Shown here piece by piece: positions 55,008 through 64,000 of a stretch of DNA of 64,000 bases. This DNA comes from Longimicrobiales bacterium. GTDB taxonomy: Bacteria > Gemmatimonadota > Gemmatimonadetes > Longimicrobiales > Gaopeijiaceae. Position 1 is the first letter of the stretch. Each line of letters begins with the position of its first letter. A model generated the notes under the pieces. It searched no databases. It saw nothing but the letters and a program-made list of their open reading frames with translations, and was not told the DNA's origin. The stretch is from contig OY730414.1 in assembly GCA_963422615.1 (NCBI GenBank), positions 1,240,001 through 1,304,000 on the forward strand, read 5' to 3'. The translations under genes were made by a program, and so were the position numbers.

Positions 55008-56068
55008 TTCGAACCCTGGACCGGCTGGTGGCCTCCACCTTTGCGGGGATCTTCGCCCTCTTCATCCTGTGCATTCCCATCCTCTTCATCCTTGGCGATC
55101 TGACGGAGAAGCTCAGGCGCTATCTGGACCGGGACCTTGCCCTGACCGACATCGGTCTTGGGTACCTCTTGCTGTACCCGCATTTCATGCTCTGGTCATT
55201 TCCGGTGGCCGCGCTGATCGGGTCCGTCTTCACGATCCATTCCATGAGCACCCACAGAGAAATCATGGCGGCCAATGGGGGCGGCATTTCCTTCTACCGC
55301 CTGGTTATGCCCCTCTGGTTGATGGGGGTCTTCCTGACCGCGGGGGCATTCCTTCTCGGTTCGGCCGTCCCGGCTGCCAACCGGAAGGCCGCCGAGACCT
55401 TGAAGGAACGGGAAGTCCGGAGAGAGTGGCGCCACAACTTCGTCTACCAGACCGAGAACGGCGAAACGCTGACCATCCAGCAGCTCTTCATCGCGTCCCG
55501 GTCCATCGAGGGCGTCCTCCTCGAGAGGATCGACGAAGGATCGCTGCGCCACATTTGGGCGACTCGCGGGTCGTACACCGAAGAGACGGGATGGACTTTC
55601 CATGAAGGGTATATGCGCTTGGTCCCTCCCGACGGTCGGGAAGTCGCCTACACCTTCGGGCGATACCACCCGGCCCGACTGACCGTGCCTCCCGTGGAGC
55701 TTCTGGAAGATCCCCCCGAAGAGCGAGAAATGACCTACAGCGAACTGGGGCGCAGGGCCGCTGCGGTACGGCGGTCGGGGGGCGATCCTAGAGAACTCCT
55801 CGTGAAACGGGAGCAGAAGCTCGCGATTCCGGCTGCCACATTCGTGATCGTTCTCCTGGGCGCTCCATTGGCCACGACCGCCAAGAAGGGTGGTGCTGTC
55901 TTCGGGGTCGGCATCTCCCTGGGATCCACGATCCTCTACATGATGCTATTGCGATTCTTCGGTGCCATCGGAAGCTCGGGCGGCCTCCCGCCCGGGTGGG
56001 CTGCGTGGACGCCCAACCTCGTGTTCTTCGCTGCCGCCATGGTCCTCATGGCCCGGGTTCGAACCTAG
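55004..56068 (+). CDS. lptG: LPS export permease LptG
   Basis: MIRTLDR, EIMA...GGIS, KLAIP, AAWTPN; ATGA coupling to lptF. Confidence 0.88.
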   Translation: MIRTLDRLVASTFAGIFALFILCIPILFILGDLTEKLRRYLDRDLALTDIGLGYLLLYPHFMLWSFPVAALIGSVFTIHSMSTHREIMAANGGGISFYRLVMPLWLMGVFLTAGAFLLGSAVPAANRKAAETLKEREVRREWRHNFVYQTENGETLTIQQLFIASRSIEGVLLERIDEGSLRHIWATRGSYTEETGWTFHEGYMRLVPPDGREVAYTFGRYHPARLTVPPVELLEDPPEEREMTYSELGRRAAAVRRSGGDPRELLVKREQKLAIPAATFVIVLLGAPLATTAKKGGAVFGVGISLGSTILYMMLLRFFGAIGSSGGLPPGWAAWTPNLVFFAAAMVLMARVRT

Positions 56069-57056
56069 CACGACCTTCGCCGGCGCGGGTTTCGCCGGCG
56101 CAGAAACCCGCTGCTAACTCCCCGATACATACTTCCTCCACGGGGCCCCGGAGGCGTACCGACCCGTCGGGGGCGACCTCCACCTCCATGGACCCCCCTT
56201 CCATGCGGACTTGAATCCTGCCCGCCGGCATCCGACCCGTCTTCACGGCGGCCGCCGCCGCTGCACACGCCGAAGTTCCCGACGACGAGGTCCGGCCCAC
56301 CCCCCTCTCCCAGATCCGGATTGCGATCTCCCGTCCCCCGAGAACACTGGCGAACTGGACGTTCGTTCCCTGTGGGAATACTTCGTGTCCGGCGATCCAG
56401 GGACCCAGGCGGGCGACATCGCCGGAGGCCCACGAATCGCGAAAGACCACGGCGTGAGGGTTACCCACGGAAACGGGAATCACCTCCAGGGGAACGTCCG
56501 TGCGCCGTGCAGCATGGACACGGGGCCGGGTTTCGGCCCCCTTGTGACTCCGGGCGTCTTCTCCCTTGCCGGGGATGGACAACGTCAAGGGGCACCGTCC
56601 CTCGGGTCCCGCCCGCCCTGGGGCGAGGAAGGGAGGGCCCTCCGGGAACGTGACGGTCCCCATGTCCACGCCAGCGTCATACACGCCTCCTGCATCGGGC
56701 CCCGTCACCCGTACCCACAGGCGGCTGCCGCCCACGGTGACCGGAAACGGGGTGTCGGACACCAAGCCCCGACGGGTCAGAAAAACCCCTGCGATGCGAA
56801 GGCCGTTGCCGCTGCGTTCGAATTCGCTGCCGTCGGGGTTGAACATCCGTAACCTCGCCTCCGCCCCCGGTGGGACGGATTCGACGACTACGACGCCGTC
56901 ACTTCCCGGACCCCGCCAACGGTGGCAGATCCGACGAATGAACGGCGGCGTGAGGAGGGGACCGGGGCCTTCCTCGAAGACCAGATAGTCGTTTCCGTGA
57001 CCGTGCCCCTTGAAGAACCGGGGGGTGATGGTGAGGGGGCTACCGCAACTTTCCAG
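56046..57056 (-). CDS. dapF: Diaminopimelate epimerase family protein (Ser/Ser active site, non-canonical start)
   Basis: The frame continues upstream of the listed ORF: FFKGHGHGNDYLV...ICHRWRGPGSDG...MFNPDGS; also GNPHAV, FPQGTNVQF, WERGVG. Start uncertain (CTG 57056 or ATC 57029). Confidence 0.85.
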   Translation of the reverse strand: MESCGSPLTITPRFFKGHGHGNDYLVFEEGPGPLLTPPFIRRICHRWRGPGSDGVVVVESVPPGAEARLRMFNPDGSEFERSGNGLRIAGVFLTRRGLVSDTPFPVTVGGSRLWVRVTGPDAGGVYDAGVDMGTVTFPEGPPFLAPGRAGPEGRCPLTLSIPGKGEDARSHKGAETRPRVHAARRTDVPLEVIPVSVGNPHAVVFRDSWASGDVARLGPWIAGHEVFPQGTNVQFASVLGGREIAIRIWERGVGRTSSSGTSACAAAAAAVKTGRMPAGRIQVRMEGGSMEVEVAPDGSVRLRGPVEEVCIGELAAGFCAGETRAGEGRARFEPGP

Positions 57057-57169
57057 ATTTTAGTCTCGTCAAAGAAGTGACCGCCGGGGCTACCGGACAA
57101 ATGTACCGACCTGGCGGCATCCGAGGGTAAACCTGAAGAGCGGGCCGAGGGGCGCGGGGAGGGGTTGAG

Positions 57170-59854
57170 ATGGGAGGTACGGCTGTGCGGATGGGTAGAG
57201 GAGGGGTGGTTGCCGCGGTGGTGAGTTTCGGATCTGGGCTTCTTGGCGCCGGAGGACTCCTGGGTCAGAGCATTGAGAAAGGGGCCGACGGGGTCACGGG
57301 CGGCGGCGCGCCGGTGCCCACGGTGGAGGCCTTGCGCTTGGTCGGACCCGACCCCGTTATCGACGGGTTCCTGGACGAGCCGGATTGGGAGAACGCGATG
57401 GCGGCGCGCAACTTCGTCGTCTTCGAACCCGACGAAGGCGCGGCTCCTTCCCAGGATACGGAGGCCCGAGTGCTCTACGGGGACGAGGCTCTCTATGTGG
57501 GGATCCGGGCCTTCGACGACTCCCCCGATTCCATCGTCACGCGTCTGGCCCGGCGCGACGAACGTCCCCACTCGGACTGGGTCGATGTTGTGATCGATAG
57601 CTACCACGACCGCCGCACGGCGTTCCGTTTCTCGGTCAACCCGGCCGGCGTCAAGGCAGACAGCTATCTCTTCGACGACACGGACCAGGACGACTCCTGG
57701 GACGCAGTATGGGATGTGGCCACCCAAATTGACGACCAGGGGTGGACGGCGGAATTCCGCATTCCCTACTCCCAGCTGCGCTTTGGCGGTGCGGCCCGTC
57801 AAACCTGGGGGATCAACTTCGTCCGCCAGATCGCTCGGCACCTGGAGATGAGCCTCTGGGCTCCGATCTCCAAGGGAGACGGGGCCATCGTGTCGCGTTT
57901 TGGAGAACTGAAGGGCCTTCGCGATCTGTCACCACCCCGGCGCCTTGAGGTCCTCCCGTACTCCCTGGTGCAGGTTGAGAGCGCCCCGGGGAGGTCGGCG
58001 GATCCCTTTCACGCCCCGCGGGACTTCTCTTCGGCGGTCGGCGGGGACATAAAGTACGGCATCACCACCAATCTCACGCTCGACCTCACCATCAACCCGG
58101 ATTTCGGCCAGGTGGAAGCAGACCCGGCCCAGGTGAACCTCACGGCTTTCGAAAGCTTTTTTCCCGAACGCAGGCCCTTCTTTGTCGAAGGCGCGAACAT
58201 CTTTTCCTTTGGATTTTCGGAAGGTGACGGGGATCTTGCGAGCGAGGGCCTCTTCTATTCCCGCCGAATCGGCAGGGCACCCCAAGGCCGGGTTCCGTCT
58301 TCGGTGTATTCCGACACCCCCGACCGGACCCGGATCGTCGGCGCAGCGAAGTTGTCGGGGAAGACCCGGACCGGGTGGTCTCTCGGTTTTCTCAATGCCC
58401 TGACCGGACGAGAGAAGGCCGATTTGGCCGACGAATCCGGCCCTCTGGACGGCCGGCTCGTCGAGCCGCTGACCCTCTATGGCGTGGGCCGGGTGAGCAA
58501 GGACTTCCGGGCCGGGAAGAGCGCCCTGGGCGTCATTTCCACTTGGACACAACGCGACCGGACCGGGGCCGACGAACTTGCGCTCCACACCGGAGCGTAC
58601 GCCGCCGGCGTCGACGCTCGCCATCGCTTCGGAAGCGATCGCTTCCTGGCTACCGGATATCTTCTGGGATCCACTGTCCGCGGCTCTGCGGAGGCGATCA
58701 GCCGAACTCAGCGATCGCCGGCCCGCTACTTTCAGCGGCCCGATGCGGAACACACCGAGTTTCACCCGGATCGCACTTCCCTCAAGGGTTGGGCCGGATC
58801 CGCTTCCTTTCTCAAGGTGGCGGGGGGATCCTGGCGCTACGGAACCGGGGTCATGGCCCGCTCTCCGGGGTTTGAGGCCAACGACCTGGGGTTCATGCGG
58901 GAATCGGACTTCCTCAGCCCCTGGGTCTGGGCAGGCTATAACCACTACAAGCCGACCGAGCGGCTGCAACGCTGGAACGTCAATTTCAATGGATGGAGCG
59001 CGTACAGTTTCGGAGGGGAGCGCTACAACACGGGTGGGAACCTGAACGGCAGCCTCACCCTGAAGAACTTCTGGAGTGGCTACGCGGGCGTTGCGCACAA
59101 CGCGGAGGGATTGACCAACACGGCCCTTCGGGGAGGCCCCTTGCTCCGCCGCGACGCATCGTGGAACGGCTGGTTCGGGGTCCGTTCCGATTCCCGCAAG
59201 CCGCTTCAGTTCAACGTGAACAACAACTGGCAGGTACGCCCGGAGAGCGGTTCCCGGCGTTACGCATCGAACGTCGGTTTGCGCTGGCGTCCGTCTTCCA
59301 GCGCCACGATTTCGGCGGGACCCTTCGTGAACTGGCGGGTGGAGGACCTCCAGTGGGTTGGCAGCTTCGACCTTGGGGGGCCGCCCCGTTATCTGTTTGG
59401 GCGCATGAGCCAGACGACGGGGGGCTTCACCGCCCGAGCGGACTGGACGTTTTCGCCAACCCTTTCCCTCCAGGTGTATGCCCAGCCCTTCGTTTCGGCG
59501 GGTGACTACAGCCAGTTCAAGCGGATCACCGATCCCCGAGCGCAGGCGTACCGGGACCGGTTTGTTGCCGTGGAGAGCGGGGACGGAGGGGAGGGAAGGC
59601 TAGAAGGAGACATTGATGGAGACGGCACCGGGGATGCCTTCCGAAACCCGGACTTCAACGTCAAGCAGTTCCGGTCGAACGTCGTTCTGAGATGGGAGTA
59701 TCAACCGGGCTCCACACTCTTCCTCGTCTGGTCCCAGGGAAGGGACCACTTTGCTCGGAGCGGCGACTTTTCCTTCGGCGGTGACTTGGGCACCCTTTTC
59801 GACCAGTCCAGCGAGGATGTATTCATGCTCAAGGCGAGTTACTGGATCGGGTAG
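57170..59854 (+). CDS. CBM9-like plus DUF5916 outer-membrane protein
   Basis: IDGFLDEPDW, WTAEFRIPYSQLRF, TINPDFGQVEADP, ERRPFFVEG, FYSRRIG, LRWEYQPGS; aromatic C-terminal strand. Confidence 0.85.
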   Translation: MGGTAVRMGRGGVVAAVVSFGSGLLGAGGLLGQSIEKGADGVTGGGAPVPTVEALRLVGPDPVIDGFLDEPDWENAMAARNFVVFEPDEGAAPSQDTEARVLYGDEALYVGIRAFDDSPDSIVTRLARRDERPHSDWVDVVIDSYHDRRTAFRFSVNPAGVKADSYLFDDTDQDDSWDAVWDVATQIDDQGWTAEFRIPYSQLRFGGAARQTWGINFVRQIARHLEMSLWAPISKGDGAIVSRFGELKGLRDLSPPRRLEVLPYSLVQVESAPGRSADPFHAPRDFSSAVGGDIKYGITTNLTLDLTINPDFGQVEADPAQVNLTAFESFFPERRPFFVEGANIFSFGFSEGDGDLASEGLFYSRRIGRAPQGRVPSSVYSDTPDRTRIVGAAKLSGKTRTGWSLGFLNALTGREKADLADESGPLDGRLVEPLTLYGVGRVSKDFRAGKSALGVISTWTQRDRTGADELALHTGAYAAGVDARHRFGSDRFLATGYLLGSTVRGSAEAISRTQRSPARYFQRPDAEHTEFHPDRTSLKGWAGSASFLKVAGGSWRYGTGVMARSPGFEANDLGFMRESDFLSPWVWAGYNHYKPTERLQRWNVNFNGWSAYSFGGERYNTGGNLNGSLTLKNFWSGYAGVAHNAEGLTNTALRGGPLLRRDASWNGWFGVRSDSRKPLQFNVNNNWQVRPESGSRRYASNVGLRWRPSSSATISAGPFVNWRVEDLQWVGSFDLGGPPRYLFGRMSQTTGGFTARADWTFSPTLSLQVYAQPFVSAGDYSQFKRITDPRAQAYRDRFVAVESGDGGEGRLEGDIDGDGTGDAFRNPDFNVKQFRSNVVLRWEYQPGSTLFLVWSQGRDHFARSGDFSFGGDLGTLFDQSSEDVFMLKASYWIG

Positions 59855-59889
59855 ACAGCCGGAGATGGGGGCGGGCCGCGGTTGGCGTC

Positions 59890-61542
59890 ATGCCGGGGGG
59901 GCCCGCTCCCGGTCCTCGGTCTCCTATTCCCGGCCCCGCAGGGGGGGAGACCGGGGAGTGCGGGTCCACGACGGGCGCGGCCCGGAGCCCCGGACCGGCC
60001 GTTGCCGCTCCGGGTTGCACCCGCCACCTTAGACTTCGTCTCCCGGTCGGTAGTCCTGGGGGGTCCCAATCTGCAGCCTTTCCGGTATCGGAGGTTTTTC
60101 TCCTGCCCGCTCCACGCTTTGTGGCCGTCGTCAAGAGCGACTGCGAAACCTGTCGCTTGGTGCTCCCGGTGCTTTCCGAGATCGCACGTGCCGGCCACGA
60201 CCTCACGGTCTACTGGCAGGATGACGGGGCCTTTGTCGACAGATGCCCTGCGACCGTGGTGGACGATCGGAGCCTTGAGCGCTCCTTTCGCCTGGGTGTC
60301 GAGACCGTCCCCACCTTGGTGTGTATGGAGGGCGGGTCGGAAAGGGGGCGGGCGGTGGCGTGGAACCGGGCCGAATGGCGCGCGTTGACGGACCTCCAGT
60401 GGCTGGGACCTGACCTTCCCGAACAGAGACCGGGCTGCGGTTCCGCTTCCGTGGATCCTGGGGTTGCGGACATCCTCCATGCCCGTTTCGGGGAGACGGG
60501 GATTCGGGCGCGGACCATTGAGGCCGGTCCCTACGCCGACCCAGTGGAAGCCTGTTTCGACAGAGGGTGGACGGACGGCCTTCCCGTCGTTCCTCCGACC
60601 CCGGAGAGGATCCTGCGGATGTTGCGAGGAACCCGCCGCGACCTGGGGGAGGTCATCGGCCTTGTTCCTCCGGATCTGGTCCCTTGCACCGTTGAAAAAG
60701 TGGCGATCAACGCCGTCTTGGCGGGATGTCGGCCCGAGTATTTACCCGTTGTGCTGGCCGCCCTGGAGGCAGCTCTCGACCCGGGGTTCACCCTGCACGG
60801 GGTCACGTGCAGCACCTGCTTTTCAAGCCCCGTCATCATCGTGAACGGCCCCGTTGCCAAGCGGATCGGCATGAACGGGGGGATGAACGCCCTGGGCCAG
60901 GGGAACCGGGCCAACGCGACCATTGGTCGAGCGGTCAATCTGGTGGTGCGCAACGTCGGGGGTGGGCGGCCCGGGGAAATCGACCGTGCGACGTTGGGAA
61001 GTCCGGGCAAGTACACCTTTTGCTTCTCGGAAGACGAGTCGGACCCGGAGTGGGAACCTCTTGCCGTGTCCAGGGGGGCAAGGGCCGGGAGGAGCGCGGT
61101 CACGGTGTTCGCCGGAGACGGCGTTCAAGGCGTGACGGACCGCCGCGCCCGGACCCCGGAGGAGCTGACCCGGTCTCTGGCCCTGGCCCTTCAAGCGGTG
61201 GGGCATCCGAAGCTGTGCGAGTGGGTGCCCGCCGTGCTGGTCATTTGCCCCGAACACCATGACATCTACCGGAGGGCCGGGTGGGATCGAAAAGGGATCA
61301 CCGATGCCCTCCACCGGGCCCTTCTGCGCCCCCGGGCAGAGGTCGTCGCTGGCGCGGTCGGGGTGGCGGAGGGAATGCCTCCTTCCCCGTCGTCGGAACG
61401 GGTCCCCAAGTTCCTTCCGGACGCCCTGCTCCTGGTCCGGGCTGGGGGGGCCGCCGGGGCTTTCTCCGCCATTCTCTCCGGATGGCCCGGCGGCCGCGTG
61501 TTCGGGGAGTCTCATCCTGTTACTCGAGAGATCGACGAATGA
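59890..61542 (+). CDS. Thioredoxin-like CxxC domain fused to the conserved 'GWTDGLPVVPPT' domain that accompanies UGSC proteins
   Basis: VKSDCETC, VETVP, PGCGS, GWTDGLPVVPPT, RANATIGRA; ATGA overlap with the next gene. Start uncertain. Confidence 0.8.
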   Translation: MPGGPAPGPRSPIPGPAGGETGECGSTTGAARSPGPAVAAPGCTRHLRLRLPVGSPGGSQSAAFPVSEVFLLPAPRFVAVVKSDCETCRLVLPVLSEIARAGHDLTVYWQDDGAFVDRCPATVVDDRSLERSFRLGVETVPTLVCMEGGSERGRAVAWNRAEWRALTDLQWLGPDLPEQRPGCGSASVDPGVADILHARFGETGIRARTIEAGPYADPVEACFDRGWTDGLPVVPPTPERILRMLRGTRRDLGEVIGLVPPDLVPCTVEKVAINAVLAGCRPEYLPVVLAALEAALDPGFTLHGVTCSTCFSSPVIIVNGPVAKRIGMNGGMNALGQGNRANATIGRAVNLVVRNVGGGRPGEIDRATLGSPGKYTFCFSEDESDPEWEPLAVSRGARAGRSAVTVFAGDGVQGVTDRRARTPEELTRSLALALQAVGHPKLCEWVPAVLVICPEHHDIYRRAGWDRKGITDALHRALLRPRAEVVAGAVGVAEGMPPSPSSERVPKFLPDALLLVRAGGAAGAFSAILSGWPGGRVFGESHPVTREIDE

Positions 61543-62069
61543 ACGAACACAGCACCGTCCTCCATGACCCCACGTCCGAGACCGCCCCGCGGATCCGACC
61601 CCGATGTCCCCCTCCGGCTTCCCTTGACGGAAAGACGGTCGGCCTCTTCGACCTGGGCAAGACCCGCGCGGGAGAGTTCCTGGACTACCTGGAATCCCGG
61701 CTTCGCGACCGGGGAGTTGCGACCCGGCGATTTGCCAAGCCGACAAACGCCAAACCGGCCACCCTGGAGATTCTGGAAGACATCGCGACCCATTCGGATG
61801 TGGTCGTGGAGGCTCTGGCCGATTGAGGGTCCTGCACATCATGCGGTCTGCATGACATCAAGGCGCTGGACGACCGGGATGTTCCTGGTGTGCTCGTGGC
61901 GACAACGGAGTTTCGGGAAGCGGCGGAACACCAAGCCCGGACGCTGGGATTTGGTCCCGCGGTTGTATGGGTGCCGCATCCCGTCCAGAACCGTACGCCC
62001 GAAGAGTTGGAACGGTTGGCCGGTGTGGCGACCCAACCCGTTTTGGAAGCCCTGACGATGACCAAGTGA
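61539..62069 (+). CDS. UGSC family selenoprotein (in-frame TGA read as Sec96)
   Basis: ATG 61539 ...EALAD-TGA(61824-61826)-GSCTSCGLHD... continues in frame to TGA 62067-62069; 176 aa; SECIS-like hairpin follows the TGA. Confidence 0.88.
61839..61855 (+). promoter_or_regulatory. Putative bacterial SECIS hairpin
   Basis: TCATGC-GGTCT-GCATGA: 6-bp stem with a G-led apical loop starting 18 nt after the in-frame TGA. Confidence 0.7.
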
Positions 62070-62117
62070 ATCCCGGGCGGCGGCCCGGCGCTTGTCGTGA
62101 TGGACCCCGGGAAGCCT

Positions 62118-63884
<1,767 letters not shown>

Positions 63885-64000
63885 CTTCGGCTGTCCGGGT
63901 GAAGAAGGTCCATGGTTGTGGAGTCCCCTTGGGAAGGAAGCGGATTCTCCCTAGGCCCTGGTTGCATAAGAAAGACTTCCGTGCTGGCCCACCCAGGGCG

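Overview
GC-rich bacterial chromosomal segment made up mostly of core genes. Gene content suggests Gemmatimonadota (FCB group); this is an inference that the 23S rRNA gene here could settle. Left to right: a partial lipoprotein, engB, lon, clpX, clpP, tig, tRNA-Leu, degP and dnaK (all minus strand); nupC-pnp; thiD; trmH-family, pilD and an ALDH7-like gene; gamma-CA-like, CNNM/CorC and moxR; a small accessory module (broken sigma-54 activator divergent from a sigma-54 promoter and a beta-propeller gene); a complete F1Fo atp operon; a PHP gene; a 23S-5S rRNA unit with no 16S; thiE, mltG, ruvX, GT2, LysM, marC, sod, agcS; sprA-comEA-pilT-pilC; lptFG; a Ser/Ser dapF-like gene with no canonical start codon; DUF5916; a CxxC protein coupled to a UGSC selenoprotein that the ORF track splits at its UGA; and an SLC13 permease. 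The strongest leads are the selenoprotein redox pair, an apparent sigma-54/enhancer architecture upstream of dnaK, the SprA plus competence/pilus cluster, and the unlinked rRNA unit. No CRISPR array, transposase or phage gene was seen. All calls come from motif recognition by eye, not database searches.
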